DNA of 64,000 nt from an uncultured Eubacteriales bacterium (lineage in GTDB: Bacteria; Bacillota; Clostridia; Christensenellales; UBA1242), in the NCBI GenBank assembly GCA_949283525.1, contig CASDSK010000038.1, positions 30,970 through 94,969 of the forward strand, in the 5' to 3' direction. Shown piece by piece: positions 1-8,974 of the stretch. The notes below the pieces were generated by a model. That model ran no database searches. It saw nothing but the letters and a program-made list of their open reading frames with translations, and was not told the DNA's origin. The position numbers and the translations under genes are program-made. The number at the start of each line of letters is the position of its first letter. The first letter of the stretch is position 1.

Positions 1-281
1 AAAACTTTAACTCTCTTAATTTCTAACTCATAGATAGTTTTGGCACTAGTTTCAATTTCTTTAGCAGTTTCAACAGCAACAACTAATGCATTAGAAATTT
101 GGTCATCTTTATTATGATAAGAATCTAATTCTATTTTGGTTTGCATTAATTCTGCTTTTGTTTGCATTGACTCTTGTTTTAGTTTATCAATTGCTTGTTC
201 ATATTGCATTTTTATATTTGCAATATAATCATCAACTTCTTGTTTACTATACCCTTTTCTTTCAATATTAAAATTATTCAT
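1..281 (-). CDS. DivIVA-domain protein (partial; C-terminus beyond window edge)
   Basis: Minus-strand ORF not in the track. ATG at 279-281 is preceded by GGAGAA. Translation MNNFNIERKGYSKQEVDDYIANIKMQYEQAIDKLKQ... shows the DivIVA N-terminal motif (F..RKGY...EVD.Y) followed by coiled-coil-like sequence. Confidence 0.7.
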   Translation of the reverse strand, partial: MNNFNIERKGYSKQEVDDYIANIKMQYEQAIDKLKQESMQTKAELMQTKIELDSYHNKDDQISNALVVAVETAKEIETSAKTIYELEIKRVKV

Positions 282-292
282 TTTTTCTCCTT

Positions 293-697
293 CTAAAATA
301 TGTATGCTAAGCAACTTAACCCTATTATAATTAATGAATATAGAAATAACTTAAGATAAAGTTTGTTTTTATAACAGAAATATACAACAATAAATCCAAT
401 AGAAATGCTTGATACTATTAATGGTAAAATGTATAAAAACGACAAAACATAAATATCTCTAATCAAAAAAACTACGCTTAATAAAATTAACGTTATGCCT
501 GCAAAAACTGATGAGTCTATTTTAAATAAAATTCCTCTTGTTAGGACTAAAATGCCCATTATACAAAGAAAAATTTGAAACCAAAATAACTCTACAAAAG
601 CAAACTGTTCAATCCCACATAAGTTTAAAATTAGAAATATTAAATATATTGTTATACAACTTATAAATATTATATTATAAATATTAATTTTTTTCAA
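293..697 (-). CDS. hypothetical polytopic membrane protein (134 aa)
   Basis: Long ORF in AT-rich DNA. Sequence is almost entirely hydrophobic helices. No recognisable family. Confidence 0.45.
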   Translation of the reverse strand: MKKINIYNIIFISCITIYLIFLILNLCGIEQFAFVELFWFQIFLCIMGILVLTRGILFKIDSSVFAGITLILLSVVFLIRDIYVLSFLYILPLIVSSISIGFIVVYFCYKNKLYLKLFLYSLIIIGLSCLAYIF

Positions 698-701
698 GTT
701 T

Positions 702-1661
702 TTATTCCTCTTTTTTATCTATTTTTGCTATTTTGTTATCATTATCTATTTCATTAATTTTATTTCTAGGGTTATTCAAGTAATCTTCTTGAATTAAATT
801 TTCTTTATCTTCAATTATTATATTTTGACTTTGTAAAGTTAAATTGGCTTTATTTAACATTAATTTATTAATTTTATTTTGGACTTGTTTCCTTTCCATC
901 CAGACTATTGCAATTAGTAAAAAAATACCTGCTATTACAAATAAAATACTAACGACTTGAGAAACTGGAACATTTGAACTACCTATAAATAATATTTCGC
1001 TTTCTTGTCGCATTCCTTCAAGAAAATATCTTTCAGTTCCATACAAAATCAAATAAAGACTTGTAACTATCCCAAATTTTTGAGTTTTTTTGAATACAAA
1101 CATCAAAACAACAAATATTCCTAAACAAATCATGCTTTCATAAAAAAATGTTGCATAATGCCATTCTCCAAGCCTATCAATATAAACAGAAAATGGAAAC
1201 CATTGTAAATTAGGGTCTTGCACTACTTTACCAAAAACTTCTTGATTAGCAAAATTGCCCCACCTACCTATTGATTGTGCTATTACAAGACTTGGCGCCA
1301 CCAAATCAGTTACTTTTAACAAATTTTGATTTCTAATAATTGCAAACAATATTAAACCAATTAAACCACCAATTATGCCACCATAAATAGCCATACCACC
1401 ATTCCAAATTGAAATGGCTTCCACAAAAGTATAGGATTGTCCTGAAAAGATTATGTAATAAATTCTCGCTCCAACTATTGCTAATGGAAAGCACCATAAA
1501 AGGATTTCATAAGGAAAATCATTTGAATATTTTTTTTGTTTAGCATTATAACAAGCAACCAAAACAGCGACAAGAACACCTGTCGCTATTATTATACCGT
1601 ACCATTTTATTTGTAATCCAAAAATTTCAAATGCTAAACCTGCTTCCAACAAAAATGTCAT
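702..1661 (-). CDS. lgt: prolipoprotein diacylglyceryl transferase, with a low-complexity C-terminal extension
   Basis: Lgt signature GRWGNFANQE, IKWYGIIIATG and multiple TM helices. The ~55-aa K/N/E-rich tail is extra. Confidence 0.9.
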   Translation of the reverse strand: MTFLLEAGLAFEIFGLQIKWYGIIIATGVLVAVLVACYNAKQKKYSNDFPYEILLWCFPLAIVGARIYYIIFSGQSYTFVEAISIWNGGMAIYGGIIGGLIGLILFAIIRNQNLLKVTDLVAPSLVIAQSIGRWGNFANQEVFGKVVQDPNLQWFPFSVYIDRLGEWHYATFFYESMICLGIFVVLMFVFKKTQKFGIVTSLYLILYGTERYFLEGMRQESEILFIGSSNVPVSQVVSILFVIAGIFLLIAIVWMERKQVQNKINKLMLNKANLTLQSQNIIIEDKENLIQEDYLNNPRNKINEIDNDNKIAKIDKKEE

Positions 1662-1734
1662 TGTTTTTCTCCGTTGTTTAATTTTATAAATTATACCATA
1701 ATAATAACAAAATTCAAATAGATTTTATTAGTTA

Positions 1735-2391
1735 TTATGAAACAAAAAATTTTTCTTCTATATTATCGTTATCAAAAGTATTCAACGCAATTTTATTGAT
1801 TGAAATTTCATATGCAATCTTGTTTTCAATATTATCATCATCAATTTTCTTTTGATATTCACGGCTTTGAACACGCCCTTGTAATATTACTTTTTCTCCT
1901 ACATTAATTGATTTTACAAATCTTGCATTTCTCCCCCACGCAATACAAGGAATATAGTCTGACTTATTGTAGGCTCTATTTACTGCAATTAAAACATCAC
2001 AAATTTCTCTATTAAAAGGAGTCGTGCGATATATAGGTTCTTTACAAATATATCCAGAAAGTTCAATCACATTTGTAGGATAATTTTCAATTTTTGGTAC
2101 TATTTCACGCACAAAAATAGTTAAATCAAGTTTACTTTTGCCTTCCACTTGCTTATTATAACTACGGAATTGCCCTTTTAATGCGACCATATCTCCTACT
2201 TTGATTCCTTCTTCACGAAGTATTCTTTCTGAAATTGTTATAGGAATGAAATCGCATTGGCTTGATAATCGTTCAATTTTAATTATCATATTATAGAAGC
2301 CTTCTCCATAAACTTCATGGCTAAATTCAGCATTGCTTACAATTTGACCATAAACATAAACTTTATTATTGTTCATTTGCTCGTAATTCAT
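1735..2391 (-). CDS. SSB-like protein with two tandem OB-fold halves
   Basis: Two repeated halves resemble SSB OB folds (NKVYVYGQIV...GDMVALKGQFRS and NVIELSGYIC...AVNRAYNKSDYIPCIAWGRNA...GRVQSREY). Start moved to the ATG preceded by GGAGGG (track start 2403). Confidence 0.5.
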   Translation of the reverse strand: MNYEQMNNNKVYVYGQIVSNAEFSHEVYGEGFYNMIIKIERLSSQCDFIPITISERILREEGIKVGDMVALKGQFRSYNKQVEGKSKLDLTIFVREIVPKIENYPTNVIELSGYICKEPIYRTTPFNREICDVLIAVNRAYNKSDYIPCIAWGRNARFVKSINVGEKVILQGRVQSREYQKKIDDDNIENKIAYEISINKIALNTFDNDNIEEKFFVS

Positions 2392-2409
2392 TTTTCCCTC
2401 CATTGTACA

Positions 2410-3177
2410 TTATGAATTTTTGCTTTGAATACCTTGACTATTTATACTGTAGTTGTCTTGATAAACTAAATCTCCAATATTAGTTATTTCAAAACCTTTC
2501 TTTTTTAATCTGTCAAGAACTAATGGCAATGCATCCAAAATATGATCTGAATTATTATGACAAAGTATGATGCTTCCATTTTTAACATTATTGACAATTC
2601 TCATTGTTATCTCATCGCTAGAAAGACCTTTCCAATCTAATGAATCAACATCCCATTGAATAGTTTTTAAATTTAATTTTTCTGCCTGCTCAATTAAAGA
2701 GTTGTTATATGCTCCATATGGAGCTCTAAACAATTCTACTTTTTTATTGGTTATTTTTTCAATTTTTTCAATAGATATTTCCAATTCTAATTTTTGGTTT
2801 TCTGCACTTAATTTTGTCATATCAGGATGTGTATTACTATGAGTACCTATTTCAAACCCTTCTTCATTAATTTTTTTCACGAGTTCAGGATATTCATCGA
2901 CCCAAAAACCTACAAGAAAAAATGTTGCTTTAACATTATACTCATTACAAATTTTAATAATTTCTTCAGTTTTGTCTGCACCCCATGCTGCATCAAATGA
3001 AATTGCTACTTTAGGCTTATCAGTATTAACTGCATAAATAGGCACTTTGCGAATTGTTTGGCCTAAAAAAACCCCTGCTACTCTACCACCATCAAGGTTA
3101 ATACACAACATTGCTAATAATGCAAAAACTAAAATCAATTTTTTAATAGAATTTAACCTAAATACAATAAATTTCAT
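2410..3177 (-). CDS. polysaccharide deacetylase (NodB-homology domain, PdaA/PdaB-like) with N-terminal membrane anchor
   Basis: Motifs SFDAAWGAD, HSNTHPDM and RAPYGAY. N-terminal hydrophobic segment. Confidence 0.8.
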   Translation of the reverse strand: MKFIVFRLNSIKKLILVFALLAMLCINLDGGRVAGVFLGQTIRKVPIYAVNTDKPKVAISFDAAWGADKTEEIIKICNEYNVKATFFLVGFWVDEYPELVKKINEEGFEIGTHSNTHPDMTKLSAENQKLELEISIEKIEKITNKKVELFRAPYGAYNNSLIEQAEKLNLKTIQWDVDSLDWKGLSSDEITMRIVNNVKNGSIILCHNNSDHILDALPLVLDRLKKKGFEITNIGDLVYQDNYSINSQGIQSKNS

Positions 3178-3360
3178 TTAAGCACCTCAATTATATAATT
3201 AATAAAATTAAAAAAATTTGCAATAAATGTCGAATAATAAATCTATATACAAAAATTTATCATATATAATATTGCTTATTAATTTTATGTCTTAAAATAT
3301 TTTTTTAGAACAATTTAAAAAAAATAGTTACACAAATAAATAATTTTGAATAGTATGTAA

Positions 3361-3423
3361 TAGGTTCTTTGCTTCTTCCCTACAGCATTGAACCTGACTT
3401 TTGACCAGCAAGGATAAAATAAA
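3361..3423 (+). promoter_or_regulatory. candidate structured 5' leader upstream of ABC transporter (class unresolved)
   Basis: A locally GC-richer stretch in an AT-rich spacer: TAGGTTCTTTGCTTCTTCCCTACAGCATTGAACCTGACTTTTGACCAGCAAGGA. It contains the hairpin TAGG/CCTA, a GAACCTGA box like the 3' half of the THI-box, and a pyrimidine tract (CTTCCCT) that could pair with the AAGGA Shine-Dalgarno. Confidence 0.25.
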
Positions 3424-4167
3424 ATGAGTTTATTACAATTAAAAAATATAAGTCTTAATTACCATTCTCCAAAAGGTGAAACATTAGCACTCAAAAATAT
3501 TTCATTCGATGTAAATGAAAATGAATTTATTGCTATAGTTGGACCAAGTGGATGTGGTAAAACTACAATTTTGTCACTTATATCTGGAATATTAAAACCA
3601 AGTTCAGGTGAAATCATTACACATGATGAAACTGAGAATTTTATAGGTTATATGTTCCAACGAGACCATTTATTCGAATGGCGCACAATTTGGCAAAATG
3701 TAATTTTAGGCCTTGAAATACAAAAGAAAAAAAATCAAAAAAATTTTGATTATATTGAGAATTTATTAAAAAAATACGGATTGTACGAATTTAAAGATAA
3801 ATTTCCAAAAGAATTATCAGGCGGAATGAGACAAAGAGTAGCACTTATTAGAACATTAGCACTTAATCCAAAAATTCTATTGTTAGATGAACCCTTCTCT
3901 GCTCTAGATTATCAAACTAGATTAAATGTTTGTGATGATGTTAGTAATATTATCAAAAGCGAAAGAAAAACTGCAATATTAGTAACTCACGATATTTCGG
4001 AGGCTATCTCAATGGCAGATAGAATCATCATTTTGACTCCCCGTCCTGCCGAAATTAAAAAAATAATTTCTTTAGATTTACAAAAATATGGAACCCCTTT
4101 CCAAAGACGTGAATGTAAGGAGTTTTCAAAATTGTTTAATGAAGTTTGGAAGGATTTGGAGAATTAA
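3424..4167 (+). CDS. ABC transporter ATP-binding protein (NitT/TauT/ThiZ-like family)
   Basis: Walker A GPSGCGKTT, signature LSGGMRQRVAL, Walker B ILLLDEPFSALD, H-loop VTHDI. Confidence 0.9.
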   Translation: MSLLQLKNISLNYHSPKGETLALKNISFDVNENEFIAIVGPSGCGKTTILSLISGILKPSSGEIITHDETENFIGYMFQRDHLFEWRTIWQNVILGLEIQKKKNQKNFDYIENLLKKYGLYEFKDKFPKELSGGMRQRVALIRTLALNPKILLLDEPFSALDYQTRLNVCDDVSNIIKSERKTAILVTHDISEAISMADRIIILTPRPAEIKKIISLDLQKYGTPFQRRECKEFSKLFNEVWKDLEN

Positions 4168-4170
4168 ATA

Positions 4171-4983
4171 ATGAAACATTCAAAAGAAAACTACTCAAAA
4201 GAACATTTAAATTATTTAAAAAAAAGAAAAAACAATCTTATAATTATTTTATCAAGCCAAATAGGTATACTTGTTATATTTATATTTTTGTGGGAACTTC
4301 TAGCGCAGATAGGTGCAATAAATTCGTTTATTACAAGTTCACCTTCAAAAATCATAAAGACCATGGGCGAACTGTGGGCAAGTGGCGACTTATTTATGCA
4401 CATGGGAGTTACATTAGTTGAAACTATAGCAGGTTTTTTAATTGCTTCATTTCTTGGAACGTTCATAGCCATTTTACTATGGTGGAGTGAAAAAGCAAGA
4501 AAAATTTTAGAGCCATATTTAGTAGTATTAAATAGCTTACCCAAAATAGCTCTTGGCCCATTAATTATTATATGGGTCGGCTCGGGCACAAGTGCTATTA
4601 TTACAATATGTGTACTAATATGTATCATTATTACTACAATAACAATGTTAAATGCTTTTTTATCGTGTGACGAAGATAAAATATTGTTAATGAAATCTAT
4701 GGGTGCCAATAAATTAAAAATTTTAATAAAACTTGTGTTACCTTATTCTGCTCCTAATTTTATATCTATGTTAAAAATTAATGTAGGTATGAGTTGGGTC
4801 GGCTCAATAATGGGTGAATATTTATCAAGTAGTGCTGGACTTGGATACCTAATTGTATATGGGTCACAAGTATTTAGGCTCGACTTAGTTATGACAAGTA
4901 CGGTTATACTTTGTATACTTGCAGGAATAATGTATTATTTAGTCGCTCTTTTAGAAAAATACTATAACAAAAAGCATAGATAA
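4171..4983 (+). CDS. ABC transporter permease (NitT/TauT/ThiX-like family)
   Basis: Six predicted TM helices and a BPD-type loop (MGANKLKILIKLVLPYSAPNF). Starts 3 nt after the ATPase gene. Confidence 0.85.
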   Translation: MKHSKENYSKEHLNYLKKRKNNLIIILSSQIGILVIFIFLWELLAQIGAINSFITSSPSKIIKTMGELWASGDLFMHMGVTLVETIAGFLIASFLGTFIAILLWWSEKARKILEPYLVVLNSLPKIALGPLIIIWVGSGTSAIITICVLICIIITTITMLNAFLSCDEDKILLMKSMGANKLKILIKLVLPYSAPNFISMLKINVGMSWVGSIMGEYLSSSAGLGYLIVYGSQVFRLDLVMTSTVILCILAGIMYYLVALLEKYYNKKHR

Positions 4984-5060
4984 ATATATTTAATTAGTTA
5001 AACTAAATAAGAACGATTATACAAAAGTCAATTTTTATCCAATAAAATGGTGTTCAAAAA

Positions 5061-5121
5061 AGAAACCTTATTGTGAAGTGAACCCCGAAGGGGTCACTTC
5101 AATTGTAGGTTTCTTTTTTTT
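5061..5121. terminator. long GC-containing hairpin flanked by an A-run and a T-run (bidirectional intrinsic terminator)
   Basis: AGAAACCT...GAAGTGAACCCC GAA GGGGTCACTTC...AGGTTTCT followed by T8, with an A-run on the 5' side. Confidence 0.7.
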
Positions 5122-5170
5122 GTTGGAAAAATAAAAAAGACTGCAAAAAATTTATGCAATCTTCTAAATT

Positions 5171-6346
5171 TTATTTATCATTATGACAACCACAATTGCA
5201 ATGTGAATCACCACATCCACAATCACAATCATCTTCGCATCCACAGTTACATCCGTGATAATCGTTAGGGTCGATTTCTACGACTGAAAATGCTTGAACA
5301 AATTGTGCTCTTGGCATTTTTTCAGTAGTAGTAAAGCCTGCTTCTGCTTCAAGAACATCTAACAATCTATTTACAATAGTTGCACATGTCAATTCAACTG
5401 TACGAGGTCTTTCAACAGTTATAGTTGTATTAGGTTCTCCTTCTATAGTCCAAACATTGCTGTCAAAATCTTCAGGAGCATAAACCATACCTACACATTG
5501 TGTTTCTAATATAATTCCTTCTTCAGTTTCTGTAGTAACTACAGCACTCATTCCACGTGCATCACCTGCTTTGATAATCATACCTAGTGTTGAAGAATTT
5601 AAATCTTTATCATACACTTGTGGGACACATTTTTGAGTCTGTTTTTTTACAGTTAACCCTAATTGTGAACATAACCATCCATTAGTATTCCACATATATG
5701 AAGGTGCAAATTTTCCACTATTTATAAGTTTTTGTCTTTCAGACTCTGAAATATTATCTATAGACGCAACTTGTTCATCAAATTGTTTTAGATTAAGACC
5801 AGCACCATGCACTTGTGCAAGTGCTATACCATAATCTTCTACATTATAACTAGTACGCCCTGTTATTTTTTTTATTGACTGTGTAGCACCAGCTAATGTA
5901 GTAATTAAATTTCCCCAAAATACGTCTTGATAACCTGACCCACAAATCGTACATCCGTTTTCTTTAGCTAATGCGTCAATTTCTGAAGTTAATTCTGGGT
6001 TTGAATTCCAAGGGTAAAATGCTTCTTCACAAGTTGTAATAGCATTGACTCCACACTCAGCACAAATTAACAAAATATCTTTTAAATCATTTAATAAACT
6101 CATTGTTGCAACAATACAAATATCTGGTGTCGTTTGTGCGAAAATTTCTTTTACCTTTTTTGCGTCTTCTATTTGAACATTATAGTTTTTACCGTCATTT
6201 ATAATTTCTCCAATGTCCTTACCAAATTTACTTTTGTCAATGTCAAAGGCACAAACAATTTCTCCGCCTTTTTCATAAACATATCTCATTAAGTATTGTG
6301 ACATTTTCCCACAACCATACATTGCTACTTTTAATTTTCTTTCCAT
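5171..6346 (-). CDS. NAD(P)-binding dehydrogenase (DapB-like / amine-dehydrogenase / 2,4-diaminopentanoate-dehydrogenase-like) with Cys/His-rich C-terminal tail
   Basis: N-terminal Rossmann motif KVAMYGCGKMSQ with GGAGG RBS. The family call is from overall resemblance only. The tail HGCNCGCEDDCDCGCGDSHCNCGCHNDK was read directly. Confidence 0.6.
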   Translation of the reverse strand: MERKLKVAMYGCGKMSQYLMRYVYEKGGEIVCAFDIDKSKFGKDIGEIINDGKNYNVQIEDAKKVKEIFAQTTPDICIVATMSLLNDLKDILLICAECGVNAITTCEEAFYPWNSNPELTSEIDALAKENGCTICGSGYQDVFWGNLITTLAGATQSIKKITGRTSYNVEDYGIALAQVHGAGLNLKQFDEQVASIDNISESERQKLINSGKFAPSYMWNTNGWLCSQLGLTVKKQTQKCVPQVYDKDLNSSTLGMIIKAGDARGMSAVVTTETEEGIILETQCVGMVYAPEDFDSNVWTIEGEPNTTITVERPRTVELTCATIVNRLLDVLEAEAGFTTTEKMPRAQFVQAFSVVEIDPNDYHGCNCGCEDDCDCGCGDSHCNCGCHNDK

Positions 6347-6423
6347 TTAAAACCTCCAAAAGAACAATAATATTTTAACTATTAATAATATTTTTGTCAA
6401 ATAAAATAAAACTATTCTTAAAA

Positions 6424-7575
6424 TTAATCGAAAGAAAGATAACCAAAGCCTTCAACATTTCTATCTTTAACAATTGGTTTACAATTATGCAAAAGCAATG
6501 TTTTTATTTGATTAGGTGTAATTTTCTTTTTGTATTTTTGCAAAATTAAACAAGAAACTCCAGCTATTAAGGGCGCACTAACACTAGTACCACTCATTTT
6601 AGTGTAGTTCTTATCAATTGAACAGGAAGTTAAATTTACTCCTGATACTACTAAGTCAGGCTTATAAAATTCAAAAGCTGGCCCTCTAGAAGAAAAATCT
6701 GCTATCACAAAATCGCTAGCATTATATAAGCCATTCTCTTTTCTTTTATCATCCATGGAGCCTACAGTAATAATTTTTCTACTAGCCCCTGGAGATTTTA
6801 TAGTATTTTTTTCAGGTCCACTGTTACCAGCAGCAGCAACAACCACTATCCCACTATCCCACAACTTTTCTGCACCTTTCATTAATGGGTCAACTTTTGA
6901 GGTAGGCATAGCGCCAAAACTCATACACACAACATCAATATTATACTTATCTTTATTTTCAAAAACCCATTGCATAGCTTCTAACATTTCAACTGATGAA
7001 GATTGCCCCTCACCATCAAGTGCTTTTAGAATATATAAACTACAATTTGGGGCGACGCCAGCAAATTTTTTTCCTTCGCTTATTCCATTAGATGCGATAA
7101 CTCCTGCAACAAATGTACCATGTCCATTATCATCGTATATTTTATTATCACTTTTTTTGCTAGTAAAATCTTTAAAAAATTTTACCCTATTATATGGATA
7201 CAAAAAGTCTAAATGTGGACAAATTCCAGTATCAATAATAGCTACATTAACCCCATGTCCTGACAGTCCATTCATATAAAAATTATCTAGATTAATAATC
7301 TTTTTTGCTACATTAACTTGTGCAAAAACTTTGGTCTGTGATGACACAAAATTAACATAATTAGATTTTATGACTTTATTCAAATCCTTAATGTTAATTT
7401 CAACACAAATAGCATTAATAAATTTGAAAACTTTAACAATCTTAAAATTATTTGATTCAAAATACATTATTGCTTTATCAATGTCTTTAACGTAAACAAT
7501 AACTGATAGTGTAGTTTCGGTATTTTGTTGTGCTTTTACAATTCTAAATAATGATAAATCTAATTTATTTAACAT
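6424..7575 (-). CDS. S8 (subtilisin-like) serine peptidase with N-terminal I9-like propeptide and no obvious signal peptide
   Basis: Catalytic triad contexts AIIDTGI (Asp), HGTFVAG (His), GTSVSAP (Ser). The N-terminal ~90 aa are beta-alpha propeptide-like. Confidence 0.85.
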   Translation of the reverse strand: MLNKLDLSLFRIVKAQQNTETTLSVIVYVKDIDKAIMYFESNNFKIVKVFKFINAICVEINIKDLNKVIKSNYVNFVSSQTKVFAQVNVAKKIINLDNFYMNGLSGHGVNVAIIDTGICPHLDFLYPYNRVKFFKDFTSKKSDNKIYDDNGHGTFVAGVIASNGISEGKKFAGVAPNCSLYILKALDGEGQSSSVEMLEAMQWVFENKDKYNIDVVCMSFGAMPTSKVDPLMKGAEKLWDSGIVVVAAAGNSGPEKNTIKSPGASRKIITVGSMDDKRKENGLYNASDFVIADFSSRGPAFEFYKPDLVVSGVNLTSCSIDKNYTKMSGTSVSAPLIAGVSCLILQKYKKKITPNQIKTLLLHNCKPIVKDRNVEGFGYLSFD

Positions 7576-7589
7576 AAAAATTCACTTTC

Positions 7590-7629
7590 AAAATATGGTG
7601 TATTATAAAAATTGAATACACCATATTTA
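7590..7629 (-). terminator. palindromic hairpin terminator, copy 1 of a repeated element
   Basis: AAATATGGTGTATT-loop-AATACACCATATTT immediately after the stop of the 7631-7951 ORF. Arms are near-identical to the hairpin at 55409-55448. Confidence 0.6.
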
Positions 7630-7630
7630 G

Positions 7631-7951
7631 TTATTTTATTAAATTTATAAGTTCTTCCATTTTTTGTTTTTGTTCTTCATTTAACAATGGTTTAATCATT
7701 TCAGCAAGTTTGTCAATTTCGCTTGGATTAAAAGTTCCATTTCTCTTTTTTTCATTTATAATTTTAAATATTTCAGTTATTAGTTCTGCCTCACTCATAT
7801 TTTGAAACTTTGATATTAAATCTTCAATTTGAGACCCATATTGTTCTTTTAAGTCATTTAAAGCAGTTTCTTCTTTTGGTGTTAAATTATCATTTTGTAC
7901 TTTATTCACAAAATCTTTTACATTTACTTTATTATAATCTTTAATATCCAT
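7631..7951 (-). CDS. hypothetical small acidic helical protein (106 aa)
   Basis: ORF with GGAGAAG RBS. No family recognised. Confidence 0.5.
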   Translation of the reverse strand: MDIKDYNKVNVKDFVNKVQNDNLTPKEETALNDLKEQYGSQIEDLISKFQNMSEAELITEIFKIINEKKRNGTFNPSEIDKLAEMIKPLLNEEQKQKMEELINLIK

Positions 7952-8028
7952 TAACTTCTCCTTATTCGCTTTGCGAACATTATATAATATGCAAACATAA
8001 AATATTTTGACAAAAAAATGAGGTATAT

Positions 8029-8319
8029 ATGGATAACTTAAATAATTTATACTCAGTTATAAAATCATTTTTACCAATAGCAGACAAATATCTAATTAAT
8101 TCTCCTCTAGAACCATATCTACCTCAAATTGAAAGTATAATAAATACTATAGATTCATTTGGTGGTATAGAAAAAATAAATTCATTATTAAGTGGTTTAA
8201 ACATTAATAAACAACAATTTATAGATAATAACAACAATTCTAATATTTCAAAAGTTAATACAACAAACAATTATGTTAATAAAAATATAAAAAAAATTGA
8301 TGAGTATACAAAAATTTAA
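8029..8319 (+). CDS. hypothetical protein (96 aa) with N-rich C-terminus
   Basis: ORF with TGAGGT RBS. No family recognised. Confidence 0.45.
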   Translation: MDNLNNLYSVIKSFLPIADKYLINSPLEPYLPQIESIINTIDSFGGIEKINSLLSGLNINKQQFIDNNNNSNISKVNTTNNYVNKNIKKIDEYTKI

Positions 8320-8331
8320 TTAAATAATATG

Positions 8332-8889
8332 TTAAAATCTACATTCAAAACGAGTAGCATATCTATCAATATTTTTTATAACATCCCTTGCATATTTGTT
8401 CGTTTCTTTGTACGGGGTTGTTTTTAATATAACATTATTTATAGAATAATAATTATTCTTTAACCAATTTCGTACAGTACCTTCTCCAGCATTGTATGCA
8501 CATAGTGTAGTGTAATCATCATCAAATCTTTCAAATAAATATTTTAAATAAAATGTGCCCATATTAATATTAAATTGTGCATCATATAATTGGTTGACGT
8601 TATAGTTTTCTATACCCATTCTAACTGCAAGCCATTCTGCAGTTTGTGGCATAATTTGCATTAACCCTATCGCCCCACTTCTAGATACACAAAGATTATT
8701 AAAACTACTTTCTTCATTTATTACACTTGCAATAAATGCTGGCTCTATACCATATATATAACCGGCAGTTTTTATTTCTTCGTAATATTTCAATGGATAC
8801 ATTACATTGAAATAAATAACGTAAATTACGCTAGACAAAACCAATACTATAACAGAAAGAGATATTGATAATACTTTTATTTTGTTCAT
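8332..8889 (-). CDS. membrane-anchored lytic transglycosylase (SLT domain)
   Basis: Motifs EESSF, GLMQIMPQTAEW and AYNAG. N-terminal TM helix. Confidence 0.85.
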   Translation of the reverse strand: MNKIKVLSISLSVIVLVLSSVIYVIYFNVMYPLKYYEEIKTAGYIYGIEPAFIASVINEESSFNNLCVSRSGAIGLMQIMPQTAEWLAVRMGIENYNVNQLYDAQFNINMGTFYLKYLFERFDDDYTTLCAYNAGEGTVRNWLKNNYYSINNVILKTTPYKETNKYARDVIKNIDRYATRFECRF

Positions 8890-8974
8890 AATTTATTTTA
8901 TGTCATTTTGTTTTCTTTATACTATAATCATCTACAACTAGAATATTAAATAAGTTATATTCATAAAATTTTAT

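Noticed and set aside
3361-3395. preQ1-I riboswitch resemblance (AGGTTCT...CCCTA).
   Set aside because: The A-rich 3' tail essential for the preQ1-I pseudoknot is absent, and the downstream genes are not queuosine-related.
4212-4709. 165-aa minus-strand ORF, and the 91-aa ORF at 4146-4421.
   Set aside because: Both lie entirely inside or overlap the well-supported ABC permease gene in other frames. The sequence is low-complexity and there is no RBS. These are shadow ORFs.
6755-7279. 174-aa plus-strand ORF antisense to the S8 protease.
   Set aside because: Antisense shadow of a motif-supported gene, with no independent support.
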